A DNA stretch of 64,000 nt from Coleofasciculus chthonoplastes F2-STO-03 (GTDB lineage Bacteria > Cyanobacteriota > Cyanobacteriia > Cyanobacteriales > Coleofasciculaceae), in the NCBI GenBank assembly GCA_040222015.1, contig JAVJWO010000046.1, positions 34,424-98,423 of the forward strand. The letters are read 5' to 3'. Each line of letters starts with the position of its first letter. Within the stretch, counting starts at the first letter, position 1. The position numbers and the translations under genes were made by a program. Below are positions 36,436 through 47,879 of the stretch, in pieces. The notes below the pieces were generated by a model. The model did no database searches. It was not told the DNA's origin and saw nothing but the letters and a program-made list of their open reading frames with translations.

Positions 36436-36678
36436 AGTGAGTGATAGGTGTGATGATGACTACACTTGGATGGTATCGCAATCATTGTTGTCATTTGTCT
36501 TATGTCATTCGTCCTTTGTTGACTCCCCCAGCTCCCAGACGTAGCATGCTACGTCTCTACATGGCTCCCTCTGCTCCCCCAACTCCCCCGCCCCTCCACT
36601 GGGGTGTGGGGTCTGACCCATATCCCTCAAATGGTTAAGATGGTTCATATTGGATAAAAGTGTTGATTCAATCCAACG

Positions 36679-36897
36679 ATGAAAATTTCAGTGAGACTCA
36701 TACCTGGTGCGCTATCTGATTTATTCGCTCAAGCTAGCAGTTCTGGTAAAATTACGCTCGCTGACCGATACGGATTAATGGCAGCATTGCTAGAAGAATC
36801 ACTAACTGATGAAGAAAGAGACTCCCTAGAACGATTACTCGGCGCATTTCGCCGAGGGCGGATGAAGGTGGTCGATGAGATTTCTGCACTAGGATAG
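36679..36897 (+). CDS. Small conserved cyanobacterial hypothetical protein
   Basis: SGKITLADRYGLMAALL...L.DEE...RRGR. Confidence 0.75.
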   Translation: MKISVRLIPGALSDLFAQASSSGKITLADRYGLMAALLEESLTDEERDSLERLLGAFRRGRMKVVDEISALG

Positions 36898-37061
36898 TAG
36901 AGATGTGTCATGGCACGTTTGTCATAAGCATACCCTCGAAGGTCGTGAAGGTGAAGGGTCTATTTTTAACGATAGTATTATTGGGATTCCTTGTGTTTCC
37001 CGCTTGAATCATTGAATATTAAACGCGAAAATCTGCCCTGACAAAGTTTTGACTTTTAAGC

Positions 37062-38438
37062 CTAACCAATAATTCCTTTGAGCAGTGACAACTTGAAGTT
37101 ACTATAAGGTGGATACCGCAAATTTGCATCAAACCATAACTTTTTATTCAAGACACTCTTAAAGTTAGAAAAGGTATCAAAACTGGCTTTGCCGTGATAT
37201 CTACCCATTCCACTGTTGCCAACACCGCCGAAGGGCAACTCGGTGTTCTGAAATTGCATCACAGTGTCGTTGATACAAACACCACCAGACGAGGTTTGTT
37301 GCAAGATTTGTTGTTGTTTCTGTTTGTTATGGGAAAATAGGTATAAAGCTAAGGGTTTAGGTCGAGCATTAATCTGCGCGATCGCATCATTCAAGTCCTG
37401 ATACTCTAACACAGGCAGAATCGGACCAAAGATTTCTTCTTCCATGACTGGTGAATCCCAAGAAACTCCATCAATCACAGTGGGCGCGATATACTTGTAT
37501 TCTGGTCGAGTTTGTCCGCCAATGACAATTTTTCCGTCCTTCAACAGAGGAACCAGCCGATCAAAATGTCGGTGACTTATAATTCGGGCATAGTCCGGAC
37601 TTTTCTCCGGCTCCTGACCATAAAAGTCTGCAACACATTTTTGCACTTCTGTCAATAGATCTGACTTAATTCGCCGATCAACTAACAGGTAATCTGGGGC
37701 GATACAGGTTTGTCCCGCATTCAGGTATTTACCCCAAGTAATCCGTTTAGCTGTATAGTTTAAATTCACATCAGCATCAACAATACAGGGATTTTTACCG
37801 CCCAACTCTAACGTAACAGGTGTCAGATGTTTCGCGGCGGCTTCCATGACGATTTTGCCGATCGCAGTTCCCCCAGTAAAAAAGATGTGGTCGAATTTTT
37901 CGGCTAGCAGTGCTTTACTGGTATCAGCGTCTCCTTCGACAACCGCGATATAAGCCGGATCAAAGGTTTTCTGGATCAGGTTCGCGATCGCACTTGAGGT
38001 ATGGGCGGCAATTTCCGAGGGTTTGAGTACCGCACAGTTTCCCGCTGCGATCGCACCGACTAAGGGAGAAATCAATAACTGGAAGGGATAATTCCAAGGG
38101 GAGATAATCAGCACCACACCCAAGGGTTCAGGATAAATCTTCGCCGAGGCGGGGAATTGTTCTAATCCAACTCCTACTTTTTTGGGTTTAACCCAGGATT
38201 TGAGGTGCTTGATAGCGTAATTAATTTCCCCAATCGCCGCGATTTCAAAATACGCCTCAAACTCCGGGCGCCCTAAGTCAGCTTGAACCGCCTTGATAAT
38301 CGCCTCTTGATCATCAACAACCGCTTGTTTGAGACGTTTTAGCTGTTCGATGCGCCACTTGACATCCTTGGTTTTCCCTGTGGCGAAAAAATCCCGTTGT
38401 TTGCGGATAATATCAGTAACTGGTACTTGGGTCAGCAT
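37062..38438 (-). CDS. Aldehyde dehydrogenase (class 3-like)
   Basis: PWNYP, FFTGG, LELGGK, NAGQTC, EEIFGP, PFGG. Confidence 0.95.
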   Translation of the reverse strand: MLTQVPVTDIIRKQRDFFATGKTKDVKWRIEQLKRLKQAVVDDQEAIIKAVQADLGRPEFEAYFEIAAIGEINYAIKHLKSWVKPKKVGVGLEQFPASAKIYPEPLGVVLIISPWNYPFQLLISPLVGAIAAGNCAVLKPSEIAAHTSSAIANLIQKTFDPAYIAVVEGDADTSKALLAEKFDHIFFTGGTAIGKIVMEAAAKHLTPVTLELGGKNPCIVDADVNLNYTAKRITWGKYLNAGQTCIAPDYLLVDRRIKSDLLTEVQKCVADFYGQEPEKSPDYARIISHRHFDRLVPLLKDGKIVIGGQTRPEYKYIAPTVIDGVSWDSPVMEEEIFGPILPVLEYQDLNDAIAQINARPKPLALYLFSHNKQKQQQILQQTSSGGVCINDTVMQFQNTELPFGGVGNSGMGRYHGKASFDTFSNFKSVLNKKLWFDANLRYPPYSNFKLSLLKGIIG

Positions 38439-38491
38439 TCTGGCGTCCTTTACGACTGCAACTTATACTTATTATGTGATAGCGTACTTTA

Positions 38492-39097
38492 ATGTTGAAA
38501 CGGATTATTGGTTTAACCGGAGGGATTGGCACAGGTAAAACCACGGTTTCTAATTATCTTGCCGATATCTATCAGCTTCCGATTTTAGATGCGGATATCT
38601 ACGCCAGAGACGCCGTGCAGCCCGGTTCATCGGTTTTGAACCGGATTATTGCCCGCTACGGTTCTGATGTGCAATTAGCGGATCGCACACTGAACCGTAA
38701 ACGCTTAGGGGAGATCGTTTTCCCGAACCCAAAGGAACGCCAGTGGTTAGAACAACAGATCCATCCTTATGTGCGCGATCGCATTAAGTCTCAACTCCCT
38801 ACAAGCGAGTCTCCAACGGTGGTTTTAGTGATACCCTTATTGTTTGAAGCCAATATGACAGATTTAGTCACCGAAATCTGGGTTGTCCGTTGTTCTGAGG
38901 AACAACAAATCCAGCGAATTCGAGAACGCGATCGCCTTTCTCTTAAACAAGCTCAATCTCGTCTCAATAGTCAGCTTCCCCTCGCCGAAAAAGTTGCGCG
39001 TGCTGATATGGTTTTAGATAACTCTTACACTCGCGACTCTCTGTTGCAACAAGTCGATCAGGCTTTAGCAAGGAATGGTAATAAGCAATACACATAA
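38492..39097 (+). CDS. coaE: Dephospho-CoA kinase
   Basis: IGLTGGIGTGKT, LDAD, IHP.V, PLLFE. Confidence 0.95.
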   Translation: MLKRIIGLTGGIGTGKTTVSNYLADIYQLPILDADIYARDAVQPGSSVLNRIIARYGSDVQLADRTLNRKRLGEIVFPNPKERQWLEQQIHPYVRDRIKSQLPTSESPTVVLVIPLLFEANMTDLVTEIWVVRCSEEQQIQRIRERDRLSLKQAQSRLNSQLPLAEKVARADMVLDNSYTRDSLLQQVDQALARNGNKQYT

Positions 39098-39307
39098 TTT
39101 TATTTTTGTCAACCTAAATAACTGGCTCGACGTCCGAGTATTCTGGGAACAGTTAACTGAAAATGCCTTATCTTGATCCGATCGCTTCCCTGACACCAAC
39201 CTTTAAACACCTGTAATCCTTGTAGGGGCGGGTTTAGGAACTTCGTGAACATTGTCACCAGTAACGCCTCCACAAAACCCGCCCTGATTCAAATTGTTGG
39301 CATTTCG

Positions 39308-42300
39308 TTAGATCAAGACAAATGCATCAGCCGTCAAGGTACTCGCATTTACACCAGTCAAAACCGCTAAGGTTTCCTGATTAAAATCAATCCAAGTATT
39401 CTTACCATGTTGAGCAATCGACAACTGTTCAAATGTCAGTTCACCCGACAAGCCTAACACATCTTCAACGATGTGGAAATCGCGAATTTTGTCCGTTCCT
39501 TCACCAACGGCTAAGATAAACGTATCATAACCTTGACCCCCAATTAACTGGTCATTCCCCAAACCACCCCAGAGTAAATCATCGCCATCATCACCCCAGA
39601 TTTTATCATTACCATCTTCGCCGAAAAGTTGGTCATTCCCGCCTTTTCCACGAAGTTTATCATTTCCGGTGCCACCATAGAGGATATCATCACCCGCGAT
39701 CGCACCATTTAAGCAACCCTTATTCAAGTCACCGCGTAGGATATCATCACCCTCTGCACCATAAATTACATCATCACCCAAACTGCCAATCACGGTATCA
39801 TTGCCAGCATCCGCGAATATGAATTCATCCTGTTGATTAGAACTGACTAATTTGTCGTTATCTGGAGTTCCTTGAATCGTATACTCTGGCGTAACTGTTT
39901 CAACGGTTGCATTGGGAATCGATAATCCCAGATTAGTTCCACTATTAGATATGAATGAGAAGTTATCAATGAGTAACCCTGAATCCACATAACTATCCCC
40001 CGCATCCATTAAACCCACGCCAATGGTAAAGATACCCGATTCGGTAAATTGATGGGTAAATGTGCCATAGCCAGTTTGAGAACCAAAGGAACCTGTGAAA
40101 CGACTAAAGTTACTATTTGTATCCGCTAGTTCGGATAAAACACCCGATGTAATGGAAACGAAGCCAAAATCACTGAAACTACTCGCAGTTTCTTCATTGG
40201 TAATCAAATTCCAGTCAAAGCTAATACTATCTCCAACCTGAACCTTAATCGGTTGAAACTGTAACCCGGAACCTTCGATAACATCACCGTTACCCAGATT
40301 ATCTAAGGCGCCAGCAGTTAAACCAAAGAACTGTTCCATATCTGTATCACTCACCGAACCGACGCTATTAGTAATGAAAGCTTGGTAATTGCCGTCTGTA
40401 GGATTACTCCCAATTGAATTCGTTTCAATGGTTGTGTTACCAATCGTTGTCCAGTTGGTAAAGTCCCCATTTTCAAAGCCAAAGTTGAAGAAAGGATCAG
40501 GGGTGATTTGGAAATGATCAACGAGAAGTCCTGAATCCACACTATTATCATCCGCATCGACTAATCCTAAACCGATGGTATAGGTTCCGGCTTGGGTAAA
40601 CTGATAATCGAATGTGCCGTAATTTGTTTGTTTGCCAAAGGAACCTGTAAATCGATTAAATTGCTGGTTGGTATCTGCTAGTTCGGATAACAGGGTAGAA
40701 CTGATGGAAATAAAACCAAAATCGTTATAGTTGCTGGGAGTTTGCTCATTGGTAATAAAGTTCCAATCAAAGCTTAAAATATCTCCCGCTTTAACGGTAA
40801 TCGGTGTGAGTTGGAGGGCGGAACCTTCTATCGCATCTCCATTACCGAGATTGTCTAAGTCACCTGAATTCAATCCCAGGAAGGTTTCCAAATTACTATC
40901 ACTAACGGAACCTTGACCATTGGTGATTAAAGCCTGGAATGTACCATCTGTAGGCGTACTGCCAATAGTAACCGTTTGAATTGTCGCATCACCGATACTG
41001 TTCCAATCGGTAAAGTCTCCGGTTTCAAAACTCAGGTTAAGTTGGGGCGATAAATCCTCGATTTGTTGGTTGCCAAAGGTAATATTGGTTACAATTTCTC
41101 CAGAACTCAGGTTAATGGTGTGAGTTCCGGGGAGAAGGTTACTGGTAGATGGTATAGACGCGACACTCCGCGTCCAAGATTCGTAAGTACCAATCAGAGT
41201 TTTTGAAGCGTCGGATGGGTTGATTTGGTAAAGATTACTGTTGCTGTCGTAAACGCCATAGATAAAACCATCAGGAGCAAAATCAATATCCACGACATAG
41301 GTTCCCAAAGAGCCGACACTAGCAAGAATATTTCCTGTTGCTGGGTCAATTTCTACCAGGTTATTCCATGCACCGTAAAGTGTGCCATCGGGAGCAAAGT
41401 CAATCCCCCAAGTCGTCTGGGAAATTGTGCCAATTTCAGTAGCAAAAGCCGTGACTGGGTTGATGGTATAAAGGATATTGGTACTACTCGCATTCCCATA
41501 CAAGGTTCCGTCTGGAGAAAAGGCAATGCTTCTCATCAAAATGGAACTGTTAGTAGCACTATGAATTGTACCAATAGTGCTGTAATAACCATCCGTTGAA
41601 TCAATAATCCGCAAGGAAGAACTAGCACCATAAAGTAGTCCAGTTGTGGGATCAACATCTAAGCCAGTATAGAAACTAGAAGCACCAATGAGCATTTCCG
41701 CCACCGGATCAGTTTGCAATTCAACTAAGCTAAATTCATTGGTTCCACCACTTCCTGTACCCGCTACCAAGTTAAACGACGGTTCTGAACCCGGAACGGT
41801 TTGTTGCCAACCGGGTAGCAATACTTCAGCTATGGTGTAAGTATCAGCCGTTAATCCGGTGAACGAATAATTGCCGTTAATATCCGTAATAGTGGAAACT
41901 TCACCCGCATCCAGTTGACTATTTTGATTTTGATCTAAGTAAATCGTCCAACCACTTAAACCTCGCTCATTCGCATCCCAAATCCCATCGCCATCAATAT
42001 CATTCCACTTACTTCCGTGAATTTCACCAAAAACAGGAGATGGGGGTGGATTATCCAGGGCGTTATTCGCATTTAATCGTCCACCTGTTACCGTATTTCC
42101 CTGCAAGGATGAAATCGGATCAACAGTGCTTAAAATCTGATTTTTTACCTCCGAAGCACTTAAATGAGGATTTTGCGACCAAATTAACGCCGCCACCCCA
42201 GAGACATGGGGAGTTGCCATTGAGGTTCCATTATAGCTAGCATATCCTCCCCCAGGAATGGTACTGTAAATATCTACCCCTGGTGCGCCTAAATCAACAG

Positions 42301-43324
42301 AGGTGACGCCATAATTGGAAAACGACGCCAAATTATCGCAATCATCAGTAGCGGCGACACAAATAATATTATCCAGGTCATAGTTAGAAGGGTAATGGGG
42401 AGTAACATCGTTATTATCGCCAATCCCATCAAAGCCACCATTACCCGCCGCCGCAATAAATAACTGTCCGGCTTGTCCTGCTGCTGCGATCGCGTCGTAT
42501 AATCCTTGAGAGTAGCCTCCCCCGCCCCAACTATTGTTAGTTAGATTTGCCCCCATCATTATTGCATATTCTATTGCCTGAATTTCAGAGAATAGACTGG
42601 TTGTACCATTGCTATTAAATATCTTGAGTGCCATAATCTGAGCATTGGGAGCCACACCAATTACGCCACTATTATTATTTCCTTCAGCAGCAATTGTGCC
42701 AGCGACATGAGTACCATGTCCTTCATCATCAAACGGATTATTATCATTATTGATAAAGTCCCAGCCATAGTAATCATCAACGTAACCATTGCCATCATTA
42801 TCAATCCCATCTCCGGGAATTTCTCCGGGATTTGTCCACATATTGTTAATCAATTCTGGGTGAGTATAATCCACCCCTGTGTCAATCACCCCAACCACGA
42901 TATTATTCCCAGTAGCACTATCCCACGCTTCTGGAGCGTCGATATCCGCATCTGGAATACCACCCGTTTGTCCGGTATTATTTAACCCCCAAAGTTGGTT
43001 GAAATCTGAATCATTGGGAATGGTTGTATTCAGACTAATCGTATAGTTCGGTTCAATATATTCAATTAGCGGATGATTACTGTACATTGAAATCGCTTGG
43101 GCAACACTGAGTCCATTAAGTTGCCAAAGCTGTGTTCCTAAGGTATTCGTTGATTCGAGTACCGAGGCTTGTAGAGTTTCTGGCAAGGTTTGCATCTGGG
43201 TTGACTCAATCCCTGACTTGAGCTTGACAATCACTTGACCGGATAAATAATCTGTGCCTTCAACGAGACTATTTAGGTTAAATGAGGCGACATTAAGTTC
43301 TGGACGTAAATCGTTAGTAGACAT
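39308..43324 (-). CDS. Secreted S8 subtilisin-like protease with SdrD-B-like, propeller, duplicated beta domains and RTX C-terminus
   Basis: VIDTG / HGTHVAG / GTSMATP triad; two FExGDFTxW domains; GGxGxD repeats. Confidence 0.93.
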   Translation of the reverse strand: MSTNDLRPELNVASFNLNSLVEGTDYLSGQVIVKLKSGIESTQMQTLPETLQASVLESTNTLGTQLWQLNGLSVAQAISMYSNHPLIEYIEPNYTISLNTTIPNDSDFNQLWGLNNTGQTGGIPDADIDAPEAWDSATGNNIVVGVIDTGVDYTHPELINNMWTNPGEIPGDGIDNDGNGYVDDYYGWDFINNDNNPFDDEGHGTHVAGTIAAEGNNNSGVIGVAPNAQIMALKIFNSNGTTSLFSEIQAIEYAIMMGANLTNNSWGGGGYSQGLYDAIAAAGQAGQLFIAAAGNGGFDGIGDNNDVTPHYPSNYDLDNIICVAATDDCDNLASFSNYGVTSVDLGAPGVDIYSTIPGGGYASYNGTSMATPHVSGVAALIWSQNPHLSASEVKNQILSTVDPISSLQGNTVTGGRLNANNALDNPPPSPVFGEIHGSKWNDIDGDGIWDANERGLSGWTIYLDQNQNSQLDAGEVSTITDINGNYSFTGLTADTYTIAEVLLPGWQQTVPGSEPSFNLVAGTGSGGTNEFSLVELQTDPVAEMLIGASSFYTGLDVDPTTGLLYGASSSLRIIDSTDGYYSTIGTIHSATNSSILMRSIAFSPDGTLYGNASSTNILYTINPVTAFATEIGTISQTTWGIDFAPDGTLYGAWNNLVEIDPATGNILASVGSLGTYVVDIDFAPDGFIYGVYDSNSNLYQINPSDASKTLIGTYESWTRSVASIPSTSNLLPGTHTINLSSGEIVTNITFGNQQIEDLSPQLNLSFETGDFTDWNSIGDATIQTVTIGSTPTDGTFQALITNGQGSVSDSNLETFLGLNSGDLDNLGNGDAIEGSALQLTPITVKAGDILSFDWNFITNEQTPSNYNDFGFISISSTLLSELADTNQQFNRFTGSFGKQTNYGTFDYQFTQAGTYTIGLGLVDADDNSVDSGLLVDHFQITPDPFFNFGFENGDFTNWTTIGNTTIETNSIGSNPTDGNYQAFITNSVGSVSDTDMEQFFGLTAGALDNLGNGDVIEGSGLQFQPIKVQVGDSISFDWNLITNEETASSFSDFGFVSITSGVLSELADTNSNFSRFTGSFGSQTGYGTFTHQFTESGIFTIGVGLMDAGDSYVDSGLLIDNFSFISNSGTNLGLSIPNATVETVTPEYTIQGTPDNDKLVSSNQQDEFIFADAGNDTVIGSLGDDVIYGAEGDDILRGDLNKGCLNGAIAGDDILYGGTGNDKLRGKGGNDQLFGEDGNDKIWGDDGDDLLWGGLGNDQLIGGQGYDTFILAVGEGTDKIRDFHIVEDVLGLSGELTFEQLSIAQHGKNTWIDFNQETLAVLTGVNASTLTADAFVLI

Positions 43325-43848
43325 AGTCCTTAACCCTCGATATAATTGGTTTGTATGTGTGCGCTATTCAGTAATACCGTAGAGACGAAATCTAATTATT
43401 CCAGCCTAAAATTTTACCGAGTTGAGCAACTGGGTATTTTGAGCAAGTTTGGGTTGGGAAACTTGAATTCTTTGGACTGTCTGTTCCCAATCGACTTTAT
43501 CTCTGACTCAAAGGGACTTATGCAGTTTCACCCTGAGTTTTGCTAAATAAGTTTGGGGAACCAAAACACGAATTTTTTCTGAAATGCTTATTCCCTATAG
43601 AGTTCTCAGCATCATCGTCAACATTATTTTCTGGTAATCGTAGGGATATCGATTACAAACCTTTACGACTTACTCAGAATTGAACCGCGAAATTAGCGAT
43701 ACCAACCAATATTTGTTGCAAAACTTTACTCTTGCTGAACTCTGAATCAAACAGAACGGGTTAGACCATTTGTATAGCAACCGCCCTAGCTCATTTATTG
43801 GCTATTAGTCTAAGGCGGGACATTTTGGTAAGGATTGGGAACAGGGAA

Positions 43849-44622
43849 CTACCAATCCTGTGTTGGAGTAAAAGTTACATCTTTGACTTCACCCATCTCT
43901 CCCAATGGTTTCGCTGTTGTTTGATTCAACGATACCCATACCGCCCCCGCATTTCCGGTTCGGATCGTTAATTCATTTTTAGCGTCCCAACTTTTTTGGG
44001 AATCATCCTCCGTTAAAATTCCCTCAAACTCCGTTTTCCCATCCACGCTAACCCGCACCCAGGATTCCCCTTTGAGTTCTACTGTCACTTGAACCGGGAA
44101 ATTGGGATCAGAGAGAGTCGGCGCAGGCGTTGAGGTGACGGCGGGTTGGTTGGGATTAAGCTGTTGCTCAATTGTCCCAGAATCTTGAGCGGGTATAGAG
44201 GGTTGGGGTTTAAAGACTTGGGTGAGCAGATACACCAATCCGCCGATCGCGACGATTCCACCAATGCCAATATAGAGAAGAAAAGGTTGACGCGATCGCG
44301 AAACTGGCGTCTCTTGAGCCATGTTGGGTTTAGCGTCAGGAGAATCAGAGGGTTGCGATACCACCTCGGTGGCAAAGCTTTGGAGTAACCTTGTGCTGTC
44401 TAAATTCAGTGTTTCGGCATACCGCCGAATAAACCCTTGAACAAAGACAGGTTCAGGTAAATCCTCACACCGTCCAGCCTCTAGCGCTTTCAACGAGCGT
44501 AAGGAGATAAAGGTTTTGAGAGCAATTTCCTCAATCGATTTCTCCTGCTCTTCTCTACAGTGTTGTAAATAGGTTCCGATGTTTTTAAGTTGCTCTTCTT
44601 GAGCTGTAGTTAAATGGTTCAC
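43849..44622 (-). CDS. rodZ: RodZ-like HTH / DUF4115 protein
   Basis: LPEPVFVQGFIRRYA; TM; SWVRV..DGK..FEG; GNAGAV. Confidence 0.88.
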   Translation of the reverse strand: MNHLTTAQEEQLKNIGTYLQHCREEQEKSIEEIALKTFISLRSLKALEAGRCEDLPEPVFVQGFIRRYAETLNLDSTRLLQSFATEVVSQPSDSPDAKPNMAQETPVSRSRQPFLLYIGIGGIVAIGGLVYLLTQVFKPQPSIPAQDSGTIEQQLNPNQPAVTSTPAPTLSDPNFPVQVTVELKGESWVRVSVDGKTEFEGILTEDDSQKSWDAKNELTIRTGNAGAVWVSLNQTTAKPLGEMGEVKDVTFTPTQDW

Positions 44623-44749
44623 CTGATCCGCCTATCAAGGATTACACATTTATCGCCAATAGCGCCCCTAGTATATCACCTGTCCGTTGTCCGTTGTCTA
44701 TTGTTAAGGAGAAAGAACAACGGACAAAAGGCAAGTGACTGAAACAACG

Positions 44750-46144
44750 CTACTGACTACCTCCCACGACAACATTGCGAATTCGTAAAGAAGGACCGCC
44801 ACACCCTACAGGTAAGCCACTCTGTCCGCCTTTTCCACAACCGCCTGACTCATCCCAGTGGAAGTCATTACCGATCGCTTCGATGTCGCCTAAGGTTTTA
44901 AACACATTACCGGATAGGGTAACATCCCGCACGGGTTCAGCAATCTGTCCCTCGCGAATCATCCAAGCTTCACCCGCGCTAAAAGTGAACATCTCCCCAT
45001 TAGTCATCCCCCCTAACCAGTTGCGGGCATAAACCCCTTCGCGAATCCCTCGGATTAAATCCTTAACCGGGGTTTTGCCCGGTTCAATCCAGGTATTGGT
45101 CATGCGGACAATGGGCGGATAGTGGTAGTTTAAACAACGGGCATTGCCAGTGGGAGCTTCGCCTAACTTACCTGCGGTTTCACGGGAATGTAGACGCCCC
45201 ACTAAAATGCCATCCTTAATCAGTTGAGTCGTTGTTGCCGGTGTTCCTTCATCGTCGTAGAAATAGCTACCGCGATGTCCCTCTGGAGCAGCACCGTCGA
45301 AGATTTGTAAATCCGGTGGACCAAAGCGACGCCCTTTGCTCATCACTTCCAACAGATCGGGGTTTTCATACGCCATATCCGCTTCTGAAAGATGTCCGAA
45401 GGCTTCATGAACAAATAAACCGGAGAGGATAGGATCAATAACTACCGTGTAAACCCCTCCCCGAACGGGTGACAGAGACAAAGCATTAACCGCCCGTTGC
45501 GCCGCCCCCTGTACTTGCATGTCAAGATCAGTAAGATCTTCGTAGCCATTGCGAGATCCCGTGGTTTCTCGTCCCGTCTGCACAATCTCATCCTTACGAG
45601 CAGTCGCAGAGAAACGCATTTCTAGATCTGCCCAAGATTGCTCAATTAGAGTGCCTTCGGAGGTAGCGATAATGATCCGTTGATGGCTATCCCCGTAGCG
45701 GACAGAGGTGGTTGTAATTCGGGGATCAAAGCTTTTGAGTAATTGGTTGTAGCGATCGCACAGCGCTTTCTTCTCGGTTAGAGGAATCATCCGGGGATCA
45801 GTCCCAGTTAGGGGGAGTTGGCGAGTATCTTGCACGATCGAAATCGGGGCAAGTAGGGTTTCTCCATCCCCGACAATTCGGGCGGCGCTGATTGCTTCTT
45901 CCAGTCGCTCCTTAAGGGTAGAGAGTTGGTTAAAACTGGCAAAGCCCCAACCGCCTTTATAACAGGCTCGCACCTGCCCACCAATAGCAAGCCCCTCACT
46001 CAAGGTTTCTACCTTATTGCCCCGCACGATAATGCTGGTTCCTTCGGATTCTTCCAGGCGAATCGCTAAGTAATCCACGCGAGAGCGATAGCGAGCGATC
46101 AGGTCTGCAATTAAATTCTGAGTATCCGCGAGTACAGTAGGCAT
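44750..46144 (-). CDS. tldD: TldD/PmbA metalloprotease
   Basis: HEAFGHLSEAD, DDEG, RMTNT, CGKGGQ. Confidence 0.92.
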   Translation of the reverse strand: MPTVLADTQNLIADLIARYRSRVDYLAIRLEESEGTSIIVRGNKVETLSEGLAIGGQVRACYKGGWGFASFNQLSTLKERLEEAISAARIVGDGETLLAPISIVQDTRQLPLTGTDPRMIPLTEKKALCDRYNQLLKSFDPRITTTSVRYGDSHQRIIIATSEGTLIEQSWADLEMRFSATARKDEIVQTGRETTGSRNGYEDLTDLDMQVQGAAQRAVNALSLSPVRGGVYTVVIDPILSGLFVHEAFGHLSEADMAYENPDLLEVMSKGRRFGPPDLQIFDGAAPEGHRGSYFYDDEGTPATTTQLIKDGILVGRLHSRETAGKLGEAPTGNARCLNYHYPPIVRMTNTWIEPGKTPVKDLIRGIREGVYARNWLGGMTNGEMFTFSAGEAWMIREGQIAEPVRDVTLSGNVFKTLGDIEAIGNDFHWDESGGCGKGGQSGLPVGCGGPSLRIRNVVVGGSQ

Positions 46145-46251
46145 GGTCTAGGGAACAAGCACGATAGAACTGCTTCTATTGTGCAACGACTCAAGCCTTG
46201 GCTGCTATGGGGGGCTACCCTTGTTGAAGATTTCAGTCCTGCTTGAATTTG

Positions 46252-46680
46252 TTAATTGGGTGGGTGCCAACCGGCTGTCACCCAATTTTTCCGGACAGTA
46301 ACAGCTAAATTATTATTTAATTTTAGGGCAGAGATGGTCGCCCGACCACAAGGGGTGAGACCGATAATTTCTGTCCCCTCTGTCCCCTCTGTACTCCAAG
46401 TAAAATGATTTATCCACTCCTGTTGACGAGGATTAAATAAGGAAACAGTTTCCCCTGATTCAGGATCGACACCGACTGTTTGTATCCACTTATATTGATT
46501 ACATAATTCACAGGCTAAACAGAGATTATCTTCTGTGTTACTTCCTCCTTTGGCTAGAGGCTGTATATGATCAATTTGTAATCTCCCCATCATATAATCT
46601 TGATGGCTGAGGCAATATTCACAGCGATTACCGGCTCTTGTGCGAATCTTTTGGCGGAGAGTTTCAGAGATAAAACTCAT
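46252..46680 (-). CDS. HNH endonuclease
   Basis: RCEYC, IDHIQP..GG, NLCLACELCN..K; LFNPR..W. Confidence 0.92.
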   Translation of the reverse strand: MSFISETLRQKIRTRAGNRCEYCLSHQDYMMGRLQIDHIQPLAKGGSNTEDNLCLACELCNQYKWIQTVGVDPESGETVSLFNPRQQEWINHFTWSTEGTEGTEIIGLTPCGRATISALKLNNNLAVTVRKNWVTAGWHPPN

Positions 46681-47069
46681 GGAGATAAAGGGGTTCTTAA
46701 GCCTCGGCGAACGGCTTCAGCCAATCCGGCTGATTTGCGGAATTGCCCAATTTGATAAATTGATAGTAAGATTAATAGTTCATAACGTTCTGATTCGGTC
46801 AAACCCATGGTTTTCCCTTTAGCTTGGAGTTCACCGAGACGTTGATTTTGTCCTGCCTCCATTTTTAAATTAGCTAATTCAATGACATCTTCATTGGCAA
46901 GCTGAGAAATTTCCGAATCCGTGATTTCCGATAAATTATTAAATGTTGGTAAAATAATTTCGAGGGTATCGACTAAAACCTCAGATAGATTTCGCGCTGT
47001 AGCGGCTCCCAGATGTTGAGCCGATTCAACTAAACCTTCGGGTACGTTAATAGTTATTCTCACAGTCAT
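46677..47069 (-). CDS. Putative antitoxin-like partner of HNH nuclease
   Basis: MTVRITINVPE RHH-like start; LRK/FRKS.GLAEAVRRG; 4-nt overlap with HNH. Confidence 0.7.
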   Translation of the reverse strand: MTVRITINVPEGLVESAQHLGAATARNLSEVLVDTLEIILPTFNNLSEITDSEISQLANEDVIELANLKMEAGQNQRLGELQAKGKTMGLTESERYELLILLSIYQIGQFRKSAGLAEAVRRGLRTPLSP

Positions 47070-47214
47070 GATCAAGTAATTAGGGGTTGCCTCTATTCTC
47101 ATTATAGAGCAGTAGCTTGAACCGAAAACCTTGTATCTGATGGATTGTTTATCGGGCGAAAAGCAAGTGGATACAATTTTGTATTCCATAAACGTGAAAA
47201 GTGCTGTCAGCCGT

Positions 47215-47742
47215 TCAAGAACTAATCCGCCGTTGATATTCCTGCTCTGTGATTAAGTCTTGGGTACTCTCCACCCGGTCTACAAACACAATACCATTGA
47301 GATGATCATATTCATGTTGAACGATTCTTGCCACAAAATCGGTTAACTGTTGTTGCTGCGGCTTACCCTGTTGATTGGTGTACTCTACCTCAATCGCCTG
47401 ATACCTCGGCACTAACCCGCGAATACCGGGAATACTTAAGCAGCCTTCCCAACCTTTGACCATCTCATCTGAGTGAGCCACAATCTGCGGATTGATCATC
47501 GCTGTTGGTTCCATCGTCGGGGCATTCGGATACCGGGGATTGGGACGAGACGCTACGATAAACAAACGGCAGGATTGAGACACTTGAGGTGCAGCAATTC
47601 CTACACCGTTGGCAGCTAACGCCTTTGCCTTGAGAGCCTCAATCAGCTTTTGTATGGATTCATCCTGAACATTATCAATGGGTTGAGCGAGCTGGCGTAA
47701 GATAGGATTGCCTAACTGAGCGATTTCTAGGGATTGGGTCAT
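47215..47742 (-). CDS. def: Peptide deformylase
   Basis: GVGIAAPQ, EGCLS, QHEYDHLNG. Confidence 0.96.
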   Translation of the reverse strand: MTQSLEIAQLGNPILRQLAQPIDNVQDESIQKLIEALKAKALAANGVGIAAPQVSQSCRLFIVASRPNPRYPNAPTMEPTAMINPQIVAHSDEMVKGWEGCLSIPGIRGLVPRYQAIEVEYTNQQGKPQQQQLTDFVARIVQHEYDHLNGIVFVDRVESTQDLITEQEYQRRISS

Positions 47743-47879
47743 AATGGGGTGAAATTAACCTGGACAGTTGCTATTTATTCAATGCTAAATCGCTATATAT
47801 ATCAATGTGCGCCGGAATATCTTGCTTATAGCTCGAATGAGGAGAACAAGCAACAATTACTGACAATAGAGGAATCCCT

